Shown here in pieces: positions 38,460-47,493 of a stretch of 57,127 nt of DNA; the stretch's first letter is position 1, and every line of letters starts with the position of its first letter. The position numbers were made by a program, and so were the translations under genes. Location: positions 1-57,127 of the forward strand of contig JAGDCN010000107.1 in NCBI GenBank assembly GCA_017958525.1, written 5' to 3'. The DNA is from Bacteroidales bacterium (GTDB lineage: Bacteria > Bacteroidota > Bacteroidia > Bacteroidales > P3). The notes below the pieces were generated by a model. It saw nothing but the letters and a program-made list of their open reading frames with translations, did not search any database and had not been told where the DNA came from.

Positions 38460-41207
38460 TCATTTGTAGTAATATTCATAAAAACGCCTATAGGCCTCTA
38501 CGTTTTTCTGATTGTAAAATGTGTTGTAGTTTTGTGTTGATATGCTGAAAACCATATAGTCGCGATGATCATATTTCGAAAGTGGACCACCGTCGAGCAG
38601 CAGATGTGTGCGATAGTCTTCTGCTTCCTGTGCGTTTTTGAAACGGTGTATAGTCAGCATTTGCACCGTGTCGGTGAACAGCAAAGGGCTGGCCCTGTAG
38701 CCACTGTTAGAATAGTTCTGCATATTGAAATCGGCTATTGCGTATTGCAACTGTGTGGCCACAATTTTGCGGTCGTCAACAAGGACAGCCACATAGTGCT
38801 GCATATTTTCTTTGTAACGGTACATCAGACTCTCTTTTGGCAGTTCGTTTTCTCCCTCACCTGTCTGCTTGGTTGTCTGTGGATTGGCAACATCCAAAAC
38901 GTTTTCGTTGTACCGTTTGCGACCTTTGGCCTCGTCTTCCGATGAAATATTTTCTGCTGATGAAAGAAAATAACCTGTACGTAGATACGCCAACTGTTCG
39001 CGAGCCAGTTCAACAATGCGGCTCGTATCGGCATAGTCGGCAATTATAGCTTCGAAGATGGCAGTGGCCGTTGATGTATCTCCCATTTGAGCCGATGCCA
39101 GACCTTTCCAATATTTAAATTTGCCCATAAGTGGCTGTTCGTTGTAAAGTTCAAGGGCTTTATCGACGTGCGATACAACATCTGTGTATTTCTTCCGACG
39201 ATAAAGATTAAACACCGTATAATATTCATTCTGAGCCACTTCACTGCGCTTTATTATTTCCAGATAATACTGGTCGTCACGAATCATATTGGCATAGTCA
39301 CAGTCGGGAAAGCCCATCAAAACCATATCTTTATAGTAGTTTGCCTGCGGAGTGTTACCCTGCTTAGAGTAAATGCGCCACAGTTGGTAGAAAGCCTGCA
39401 CAATCTCGTCAGCGTCTGGATAGTCCTTTGCCAAGCGGTGGTAGCACTCTAGTGCTCTGTCGGTATTCTCAATGCCGTCATAATAAATATATCCGGCATT
39501 CAGCAAACAACGCGCAATCTCCATATGCATTGTGTCGCGTTGTCCTTGTGTTTTAGGAAGGTCTTTTAAATAATAAGCCACATTGTGCGGGTCATCGGGA
39601 TTGTCGCGAGGCGACACAACGGTGGTGCTGTCGGCAGATGTACTGTCGCTATCGTCACCCATATCATCGCTCGTCATCTCCATACCGGGAATCATTGAAC
39701 CCATTGCAAAACTATTGCGATTGTTCAAAAACCAGTAGTCGTCCAACGTTCTTAATCCCCACCGTTGCCGGAATGTCTGTTTGCCTTTGCTTACGTTGTT
39801 GTGGTTATAGAAATACCAGTCACCCTGTAGAGTATTCTGCTGTGCCAGCGCCTCTTGATTCATTTCTGCAATCAATTGTCGTTCGGCCTCTTCTTTCTCT
39901 CTTTGTCTTAGATCGGCAATTTTTTTTTCGATTAATTTTGTTCGCTTGCCAGGATCCATATCAGCCCACAGCAAAAGGCTGTCGTTGCGATAGATTAATC
40001 GTGTGTTTTCAACCAATGCTGTAAGTGTATTGTATCTTGAGCGTATTTCATCAAAATGCGGATAGCCAGCCTTGATGATATGCATCGCCGTGTCGTAGTA
40101 TAGCTGCGCTTCGTCATAGTTTTCGTACATTTCGTAGAGTACGTCGGCCAGACGTAAAGCCGATTTGGCTTTCTGCGATGGATTACCTGCAGCGGCAGAC
40201 ACCGACTCCTTGAAACTGTCACAAGCCTTTTGGGCATCTTTCATACCCAGATACATCTCACCCTTAGCATAATAAATCTGGTCTTTGAATTCGGCGTTCT
40301 TTTTGTCTTTCAGCATCTTGTCGAGGCTCTTTTCCACATCGGACAGATTGGTATGCTCTTCATTTGCACACGAAGCAATATTGATTCTTGCATTAAACTC
40401 CATCACATAATCTGGACGGCACTTCAACACTTTCTCATAGTATTTCGTTGCCGTCGGACGTTTCTCCAACTTCTGATAAATTTGTGCCATAATGAAATAC
40501 AGACGAGCTTTCGTGCGACGGTCAGTGGTTTCGTCAAGAACCAAGCGAATATACTGCACACTTTTTTTGTATTTTTCTTGCGGCAAAACGCACTCAATCA
40601 TAGCCATATAAAGTTTATCGGCCAGTTTTGGAGAAAAATTGTCCTTTGCCTGATCGTTTACCAGTAGATCCAAAGACGATTCAGCATCAGCATATTGTTT
40701 TTCCTGTGTCAGGCAGCGTGCCAGCAGTATGCGAGCTTCATCGGCCTCAATGCTTCCGTTGTATTGCGACATAATAAGGCGGCAAGTATTAGCCGTTGCC
40801 GCATAGTCCTGTTTATAAAATGTAGCGTAGGCTGTCAACAGGTAACAGTTCTTCACATATTTTACATATTCACGACCTTGGACGTAAATGCTATGTTTTT
40901 TTATGCCTTTGATACCTTTTTCTATGGCTTTGTCCATCTGAGGGTATATGCCCATAGCTTTCTCTTTGCTGCCTATTTGATAGACTGGTAGTATCTGCGT
41001 GTAGTCATCGTTGAAGGTATGCCCAAGTTTCTTCAAGCCATCCTTGTAACTCTCGTTGCCGTTCCACCACGTGTTGTAATGGCACGTAGTGTTGTGAAAC
41101 GTTATGTTGGCCCATTTTGCCTTCTGTGTCGAACAGCCACAAACGGCAGCAAGCACTGACAATGCCAGCACTACCAAAACCAACCTGTCGCTTACATACC
41201 GTTTCAC
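38460..41207 (-). CDS. Large TPR-repeat lipoprotein, PorW/SprE-like (type IX secretion-associated) candidate
   Basis: 915 aa with a GTG start and lipobox (AAVCGCS). CSTQKAKWANITFHNTTCHYNTWWNG resembles the SprE/PorW N-terminus. TPR-like helices run throughout. The PorW assignment is from memory. Confidence 0.45.
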   Translation of the reverse strand: MKRYVSDRLVLVVLALSVLAAVCGCSTQKAKWANITFHNTTCHYNTWWNGNESYKDGLKKLGHTFNDDYTQILPVYQIGSKEKAMGIYPQMDKAIEKGIKGIKKHSIYVQGREYVKYVKNCYLLTAYATFYKQDYAATANTCRLIMSQYNGSIEADEARILLARCLTQEKQYADAESSLDLLVNDQAKDNFSPKLADKLYMAMIECVLPQEKYKKSVQYIRLVLDETTDRRTKARLYFIMAQIYQKLEKRPTATKYYEKVLKCRPDYVMEFNARINIASCANEEHTNLSDVEKSLDKMLKDKKNAEFKDQIYYAKGEMYLGMKDAQKACDSFKESVSAAAGNPSQKAKSALRLADVLYEMYENYDEAQLYYDTAMHIIKAGYPHFDEIRSRYNTLTALVENTRLIYRNDSLLLWADMDPGKRTKLIEKKIADLRQREKEEAERQLIAEMNQEALAQQNTLQGDWYFYNHNNVSKGKQTFRQRWGLRTLDDYWFLNNRNSFAMGSMIPGMEMTSDDMGDDSDSTSADSTTVVSPRDNPDDPHNVAYYLKDLPKTQGQRDTMHMEIARCLLNAGYIYYDGIENTDRALECYHRLAKDYPDADEIVQAFYQLWRIYSKQGNTPQANYYKDMVLMGFPDCDYANMIRDDQYYLEIIKRSEVAQNEYYTVFNLYRRKKYTDVVSHVDKALELYNEQPLMGKFKYWKGLASAQMGDTSTATAIFEAIIADYADTSRIVELAREQLAYLRTGYFLSSAENISSEDEAKGRKRYNENVLDVANPQTTKQTGEGENELPKESLMYRYKENMQHYVAVLVDDRKIVATQLQYAIADFNMQNYSNSGYRASPLLFTDTVQMLTIHRFKNAQEAEDYRTHLLLDGGPLSKYDHRDYMVFSISTQNYNTFYNQKNVEAYRRFYEYYYK

Positions 41208-41282
41208 ATTATTTCAATTTTGAATTAACAATACTAAACTTTATAAAATACAATCACTAAACGCATTAACATAAAAAAATCC

Positions 41283-42383
41283 TTAAACATTAAACCTGAA
41301 ATGCATAATGTCACCATCTTGCACCACATAATCCTTACCCTCGACAGCTATCTTACCAGCTTCGCGACACTTAGCTTCGCTGCCCAGAGCCACATAGTCC
41401 TCATACTTTATTACTTCAGCACGAATAAATCCACGCTCAAAGTCACTATGAATAATTCCTGCTGTTTGAGGGGCTTTCATTCCTTTGCGGAATGTCCACG
41501 CACGGCATTCCTTCGGGCCAGCTGTCAGGAAAGTCTGTAGGTTCAGAAGGCGATAGGCGGCCTTGATAAGACGATTCACACCGCTCTCCTTCAAACCCAG
41601 GTCTTCAAGGAACATCTGCTTTTCTTCATAGCTCTCCAATTCAGCAATATCGGCCTCGATACCGGCACCTATCACAAGAACCTCTGCATCTTCGTCTTTC
41701 ACAGCCTCACGCACCATATCTACATATTTGTTTCCCTTTACCACCGAAGCCTCATCAACATTGCATACATACAAAATTGGCTTGGCTGTCAGCAGCATCA
41801 GTTCTTTTGCAGCCTCCTGTTGACTCTCGTCCAATTTAACCGTACGTGCACTTCTGCCAGCCAACAGGGCTTCTTGGTACAGTTTCATTACCTCCACCAA
41901 CTTTTTGGCTTTTGCATCACCGCCGGTTTTAGCTTTTTTCTCTTCTTTTGCCAATCGGTTATCTATGGTTTCCAAATCCTTGAACTGCAATTCAAGGTCT
42001 AAAGTCATCTTGTCGCGAACAGGATCAACAGATCCATCAACGTGTGTCACATTATCATCATCAAAACAACGTAGAACGTGAATAATAGCATCAGTAGTCC
42101 TTATGTCGCCAAGAAACTTGTTACCCAATCCCTCCCCTTTCGAGGCCCCCTTAACAAGACCAGCAATATCGACAATCTCAACTGTAGCAGGTACGACGCT
42201 AGCTGGATGCTCGATTTCAACTAGTTTTGACAGTCTCTCGTCGGGTACGGTTATAACGCCCACATTGGGTTCTATGGTGCAGAAAGGAAAGTTGGCAGCC
42301 TGTGCTTTGGCGTTACTCAGGCAGTTGAAAAGAGTTGATTTGCCTACATTCGGCAAACCCACGATACCACATTGCAATGACAT
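41283..42383 (-). CDS. ychF: Ribosome-binding ATPase YchF
   Basis: 366 aa with [15 protein letters not shown], the TGS domain and the C-terminal DGDIMHFRFNV. Confidence 0.95.
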   Translation of the reverse strand: MSLQCGIVGLPNVGKSTLFNCLSNAKAQAANFPFCTIEPNVGVITVPDERLSKLVEIEHPASVVPATVEIVDIAGLVKGASKGEGLGNKFLGDIRTTDAIIHVLRCFDDDNVTHVDGSVDPVRDKMTLDLELQFKDLETIDNRLAKEEKKAKTGGDAKAKKLVEVMKLYQEALLAGRSARTVKLDESQQEAAKELMLLTAKPILYVCNVDEASVVKGNKYVDMVREAVKDEDAEVLVIGAGIEADIAELESYEEKQMFLEDLGLKESGVNRLIKAAYRLLNLQTFLTAGPKECRAWTFRKGMKAPQTAGIIHSDFERGFIRAEVIKYEDYVALGSEAKCREAGKIAVEGKDYVVQDGDIMHFRFNV

Positions 42384-42536
42384 ATTTTAAATCAGTTATT
42401 TCGTTTGTTGATATGTTGTTTTTTAGGAGTTATTGATACGCAAGTGTTCTCGCCGGCGCAACTTGATAATCTCAATTATTAAATAACTGCTGTCGAGCAA
42501 AAAAATTGTGCCATCAGGCGAAAAAAACGTTTTTTG

Positions 42537-43625
42537 CTATCGTTCAAACTGTTCGAGCGATATTCGTTCGCGCTCCGTCAGACCACCTGGCTCCGTTCTG
42601 AAATCTCTTTTATTCGTTGGTGCTTCGTTTGCTTTTTTTCGTTCTTGCTTCACTGCACTTTGTTTCGTGCTCTCCTTGACACGCGAATGTCTAGCCTTTA
42701 GTATTTCATTTTCCGATTTCAGTTTTTTGCTTTCCTTCTTAATAGTCAGGTAGTCCGGCGAACCAGGATTGACATAACTGCGTGTCTCGCTTGCCGCGTC
42801 ACCCTCGTATTGTGTAGTGCGCAACGTTATGTGGAAACAGGATCCTCGTTCGTATTTCACATAACAAAGTCCTTCGTAGCGAAGTTCATACAAAGCCAAT
42901 GCCAGCATCTGCTTGCAGGCATCGACCACAGTGTCGTGTCCGCTGGCTACGTGCAGGTAGCGTTGTGCCGACAGGTCAAACGTAGTACCATAAATATGGC
43001 ACGATGTGTCGGTGGCATTACGGTTCACGCGTCGCAAGCGTCGTTCACTCTGTTCAGTTCGCAATGCGCTGGTCACTATTACGCTGTGTTCACCCAACGA
43101 GGGGTAGTGTTCCTCCATCAGACTTTTGAAGCGGTGAGCAATATAGTCTATCAATAGCACCGTTTCGGGCAACAGGTAAGGCACCGAATGATGCATCGTA
43201 TCAACGCTGTATAAGGCAGTACTGAAAATAGGCACAAAAGCGGCGTTTTGCGCAGGGTCACCTACTGTTGCAGGGTCGATACCGCCCGCCCGTGCGGCGG
43301 CCAGTTGCACATAGTTTGAATCGTTGAAAAGCTCACGGTATCTTATATTGTTATAATTGATCGCAGGTATCGCGCTACGCTTTATGCGGCGACGATAGAC
43401 ACGGTGGATGTCGTCTTTTGCTTTGGATTCCTCCACCACAGCATCGTCCTCGCTCAAAATACGTTCCACACGCGAACTCTCCGTGCTATGGATAGCGCGC
43501 ATTGACACGAACACCACAGTAACAGCGGCGACGACCAGCAGCAGACACTTCCGACCCATAATGCTGATATGTCGTTTGCGCGTTTTTTTGCACAAATCAG
43601 CCTCGCTATGGTGACGATACATCAT
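42537..43625 (-). CDS. Membrane-anchored LAS/VanY-like (peptidase M15 fold) protein with basic C-terminal tail
   Basis: 362 aa. N-terminal TM (LLLVVAAVTVVFV). VTSALRTEQSERRL and SCHIYGTTFDL fit the S.R..Q...H..G.A.D pattern of LAS metallopeptidases. The K/R/E-rich tail is about 70 aa. Confidence 0.5.
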   Translation of the reverse strand: MMYRHHSEADLCKKTRKRHISIMGRKCLLLVVAAVTVVFVSMRAIHSTESSRVERILSEDDAVVEESKAKDDIHRVYRRRIKRSAIPAINYNNIRYRELFNDSNYVQLAAARAGGIDPATVGDPAQNAAFVPIFSTALYSVDTMHHSVPYLLPETVLLIDYIAHRFKSLMEEHYPSLGEHSVIVTSALRTEQSERRLRRVNRNATDTSCHIYGTTFDLSAQRYLHVASGHDTVVDACKQMLALALYELRYEGLCYVKYERGSCFHITLRTTQYEGDAASETRSYVNPGSPDYLTIKKESKKLKSENEILKARHSRVKESTKQSAVKQERKKANEAPTNKRDFRTEPGGLTERERISLEQFER

Positions 43626-43649
43626 TTTGTATGTCCAATTATTAAGTGT

Positions 43650-44180
43650 TTATTTTTTAATGGCTTTTGCAAAGCTAATCAAATCCGGATAGCAGCGATC
43701 TACCAAATGTGGCTTGCGTCGCGCCAAATCCGTCTCGTCGCCCACCAGTACTGTCTGCATTCCAGCACGACGACCAAAGAGCATATCACTCTCCGTGTCG
43801 CCAACCATCACCGAATGACGCAAAACGACACAGGGAAAATCCTTACGCGCACGTATCGCCATACCTATCGACGGTTTACGCATAAACGAATGATCTGATT
43901 TCAAATTAGGACAATGATAAATACGATCTATCCTTCCGCCAGCCTCCTCTACCCTGTCAAACAGGCACTGGTGGATAGCCTTAAGGTCAGCCTCAGTCAT
44001 CAGCCCCTTACCGATACCCTGCTGGTTAGTGACCACGAAGATATGGTCGAAACACTTGGCTAAGATGGCAAAAGCCTCCGGCACACCGTCAATCAAGACA
44101 AAATCCTCAGGACGCGTGACATAGCCATCAACTATGCGACGATTGATGACACCGTCGCGGTCCAAGAACAACGCACCCAT
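43650..44180 (-). CDS. HAD-IIIA family phosphatase, GmhB-like
   Basis: 176 aa with LFLDRDGVIN (catalytic DxD) and VVTNQQGIGKG. Confidence 0.75.
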   Translation of the reverse strand: MGALFLDRDGVINRRIVDGYVTRPEDFVLIDGVPEAFAILAKCFDHIFVVTNQQGIGKGLMTEADLKAIHQCLFDRVEEAGGRIDRIYHCPNLKSDHSFMRKPSIGMAIRARKDFPCVVLRHSVMVGDTESDMLFGRRAGMQTVLVGDETDLARRKPHLVDRCYPDLISFAKAIKK

Positions 44181-45115
44181 CAGACTAGTTCTTTTTCAAT
44201 CAAATAGTTGTTTCGCGTACTTGAATTGCGGCATATCAGCTCTCCAAGGAAACCTGCAAGAAACAGCATAGCCCCCAGCACCAGAAACAGCATCGAAAGA
44301 TAGAACCACACACTATTGGTAAGAGCGATACGACCGCAAAGGCGCAACGTGCACACCACAACCAGGGCAATGAAACCTAGTAGAAACGACACTGAACCCA
44401 CCAAGCCAAAGAAATGCATCGGCTGCTTGCCAAACTTCGACATAAACATAATTGACATCAGGTCCAGATATCCATTCACAAAGCGATTCAAGCCAAACTT
44501 CGTCACACCAAACTCACGTTTGCGATGCTGAACCACCTTCTCACCAATCTTACCGAATCCTGCCCACTTTGCGATAACAGGTATGTAGCGGTGCATCTCG
44601 CCATACACCTCAATGCTTTTCACCACGTCACGCCGATATGCCTTCAGGCCACAATTGAAATCGTGCAACTTGATGCCGGACATCTTGCGCGTTGTCCAGT
44701 TAAAGAACTTCGACGGTATATTCTTCGCCAGCTTCGAGTCATAACGTTTCTTCTTCCAGCCCGACACCAGATCGTAGCCTTCATCCTTAATCATCTTGTA
44801 TAGTTCGGGTACCTCGTCGGGACTGTCCTGCAAGTCAGCGTCCATCGTGATAACCACGTCACCCTGCACGTGGCTGAAACCAACATTCAGAGCCGCCGAC
44901 TTGCCATAGTTACGGCGAAACTTCACACCCTTGTATGCCGGGTTCTTTGCACGCAGTTCCTCGATGACCTTCCACGAATTGTCGCGACTACCGTCATCAA
45001 CCATAATAACTTCATATTCAAAACCGTTTACCGACATCACCCTGTCAATCCATTCTGCCAGGTGCGGCAACGACTCTTCTTCATTATAAAGCGGTACAAC
45101 AATGCTTATATCCAT
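44180..45115 (-). CDS. Family-2 glycosyltransferase, polyprenyl-phosphate glycosyltransferase type (GtrB/ArnC/DPM1-like)
   Basis: 311 aa with IVVPLYNEEESL, VDDGSRD and DADLQD motifs plus two C-terminal TM helices. Confidence 0.85.
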   Translation of the reverse strand: MDISIVVPLYNEEESLPHLAEWIDRVMSVNGFEYEVIMVDDGSRDNSWKVIEELRAKNPAYKGVKFRRNYGKSAALNVGFSHVQGDVVITMDADLQDSPDEVPELYKMIKDEGYDLVSGWKKKRYDSKLAKNIPSKFFNWTTRKMSGIKLHDFNCGLKAYRRDVVKSIEVYGEMHRYIPVIAKWAGFGKIGEKVVQHRKREFGVTKFGLNRFVNGYLDLMSIMFMSKFGKQPMHFFGLVGSVSFLLGFIALVVVCTLRLCGRIALTNSVWFYLSMLFLVLGAMLFLAGFLGELICRNSSTRNNYLIEKELV

Positions 45116-45150
45116 ACTGTCTTATATTGTGTTGATTACCGAAACTTGAG

Positions 45151-45702
45151 TTATTTATTTTTAATTTTCACCTTGTTCTTCTCCGTTCTGAAAACCAGTG
45201 CTGCTACAAACGCCGTCATTATCGACATCACCGCCGTGCGGAAAGCACCGATAAAAGCCCAAGTATGAAGGCGATAGGTGCGCATCACTACTATTGTTGC
45301 TGCTTTCTCCTCGTCGGTGCCTGCTCCGCGCTGCTCGCCAACAATGAAATGTTCAAGACAGCGGGTCGCAAACTCCTTGTCAATCACACTTCCATAAAGC
45401 AGCAGGAAAAGTCCGTATATCATCGCCGCTATCACACCCAACCACAAGCCATAGAGCATTAATTCTTTGAACGTCACACGACCATCAGGCAGACTGCCGC
45501 GGTAGCGTCGGGCAAAAAACAGTGTTGAAACAAGTAGCGCAATGTCGGTCACATAGTTTTCGGGAGCGTATATGGGATAATAAATCAGCTTGCAGAACAG
45601 CACAGCAAACGATATGAACGCACCAGCAATTGCGCCATTGCGAAGTCCCACAATGCGATAATTGCCATAAATCTCTGATTGATATTGTCTTATAAATTTC
45701 AT
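45151..45702 (-). CDS. Small 4-TM membrane protein (DUF4199-like)
   Basis: 183 aa with four predicted TM helices. It lies directly upstream of the GT2 gene, as I recall for DUF4199 genes in Bacteroidetes. Confidence 0.5.
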   Translation of the reverse strand: MKFIRQYQSEIYGNYRIVGLRNGAIAGAFISFAVLFCKLIYYPIYAPENYVTDIALLVSTLFFARRYRGSLPDGRVTFKELMLYGLWLGVIAAMIYGLFLLLYGSVIDKEFATRCLEHFIVGEQRGAGTDEEKAATIVVMRTYRLHTWAFIGAFRTAVMSIMTAFVAALVFRTEKNKVKIKNK

Positions 45703-45721
45703 TATATATCATTTGCCATTG

Positions 45722-45729
45722 CAAAGATA
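45722..45729 (-). promoter_or_regulatory. -7 promoter box (TATCTTTG) for the DUF4199-GT2-HAD-LAS gene string
   Basis: Exact TAnnTTTG match, 20 nt upstream of ATG 45702. Confidence 0.45.
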
Positions 45730-46102
45730 AAATCTTTTTTTCATTCGCCGACAATACCAAATAATAAATATTTATTAACCATATTATTAACCATCAACCT
45801 CTGCATTTGACACTCGTAATGTCGTCTTGGGGCCCGAAAAAAAAAGGACAGTCAGTTTCAAACTTATACTGCATTGTAATGTTCTGTCAAAATAATAACA
45901 AAAGTAGGAGAAACTCCATTGCAATGATTGTTTTTGTTTTTTAATGGTATAAAATGACGATATAAAAAAAAATCAACTCTACATCATAATTTTAAAAACA
46001 AACAACTGCAAATCAAATACTTTATTATATGAAAAATCTATTATCTGTTGATTAAAAACTATTTTTAATTGAAATAACAAACCGTGTATCATTATTTTTT
46101 AG

Positions 46103-46110
46103 TATCTTTG
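46103..46110 (+). promoter_or_regulatory. -7 promoter box (TATCTTTG) for the three-gene envelope operon
   Basis: Exact TAnnTTTG match, 67 nt upstream of ATG 46177. Confidence 0.5.
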
Positions 46111-46176
46111 CAAAATATTATAAACTGTTAACAAAACAAATCACAATCAATAATTTACTGACAAATAACAAAAAAG

Positions 46177-47493
46177 ATGAAAAAGACTGCATTTCTTTTT
46201 GTGCTCGGCAGCCTCTTGATGACATCCTGTCTCAAGGATGGTTTCAAGGATTTTGAGGCTCTGCAGCACGGAATGACCATCAGCGGTACTGTGAGCCCGG
46301 TTCTCGGTGTACCTATTGGCGAGGGTTCTGCCACAATCTATGATATGCTGAAAATGGTCCAGATTTCTTATGCCACAATGGAAGTTGATAGCCGTGGTAT
46401 TATTACGCTGGCCTACGACACAAATATGCAATGGCACGTGGATTTACAGGACGGCAAGGGCAGCGGTCCCAATCCCAAGGATAATGAAATTGTATATGTT
46501 TCACGAAACAGCATTTCAGGCAATGTCGCCATCGATTTATTCAACAATATGCAAATTCTCAACGAGGCTGATATAGAGGTCGATAGTCTTCTGGTATATC
46601 TGCGCACCTACATCAAGGCGCAGGCCAACCCCAACACACTGCAAGCTATGGAGACCTATCACGTGCACGTATATTATGACCAGTTGACAATCAGCGTTGT
46701 TGGTCAGGACAATGTTGTTTATCCTGTTTATCCTGCTCCGGGGACTGCTTCCGACTCGATACCGATCGACAACCTCGTGGCTGGAGAGTATATCACAATT
46801 TTCAACAATACTGATATCAGCTCGGCCATCAACAAAAGGCCCAAGGAAATCCAATACAGTGCGCGTATGAACATTGCTTTCGAAGCTGCTTTCTTCGCCA
46901 CGGCTGGCATCTCGGAGAACCAATTTGTGGCCGACTCAATTGGGATGCAATCTGTTGATATTGACGGTGACATCAAAGTAAAGTTCCCTGTTTCGGCATA
47001 CCTGAACAACCTGAACTACCAGACAGACATCAGTTTCACACCTTCGTTCCATCTGAACGATCTGGTGGTTGACTCGTCAATGCTGTATCTCGACTGTCAA
47101 AACGGTTTGCCATTGTCGCTGCTGATCAGAGCCCAGTTTGTCGATGAAAATGATCAAGTACTCTGCGACATTCTGAATCCTGTTCAGACCGAGGTGACCG
47201 GTGCCGATGTGGCACTGAACCCCGAAACAAACCTTTACACTGCAACAACTCCTAAACAGACACTGATAGAAATTCCCGTGACAAGAGATGTGTTTGAGGA
47301 CTTACTTGAAACCAGAAAAATTCGCATCAGTGCGGAAATGAGCACTTCGCCTACCAACGACCCTGTGCGCAACCGTGTTTCAATTCAGGCCACAGACCGC
47401 TTGCAGCTTCGTGTATGGGCAAAGTTGCGTCCAACATACAATCTAAACTTCGAACTAGGTTCAAACGGCAATGAGGAAGGAGGTGAGAAATGA
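46177..47493 (+). CDS. Hypothetical lipoprotein
   Basis: 438 aa with lipobox MKKTAFLFVLGSLLMTSC. I recognised no family. Its stop overlaps the next start (ATGA). Confidence 0.7.
   Translation: MKKTAFLFVLGSLLMTSCLKDGFKDFEALQHGMTISGTVSPVLGVPIGEGSATIYDMLKMVQISYATMEVDSRGIITLAYDTNMQWHVDLQDGKGSGPNPKDNEIVYVSRNSISGNVAIDLFNNMQILNEADIEVDSLLVYLRTYIKAQANPNTLQAMETYHVHVYYDQLTISVVGQDNVVYPVYPAPGTASDSIPIDNLVAGEYITIFNNTDISSAINKRPKEIQYSARMNIAFEAAFFATAGISENQFVADSIGMQSVDIDGDIKVKFPVSAYLNNLNYQTDISFTPSFHLNDLVVDSSMLYLDCQNGLPLSLLIRAQFVDENDQVLCDILNPVQTEVTGADVALNPETNLYTATTPKQTLIEIPVTRDVFEDLLETRKIRISAEMSTSPTNDPVRNRVSIQATDRLQLRVWAKLRPTYNLNFELGSNGNEEGGEK

Noticed and set aside
45719-46113. 11-bp inverted repeat TTGCAAAGATA / TATCTTTGCAA flanking about 370 bp, considered as an invertible promoter element
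   Set aside because: Each arm is itself the extended -7 box of one of the two divergent promoters, and homology stops right after it. In an invertible element the promoter lies inside the repeats rather than being the repeats.
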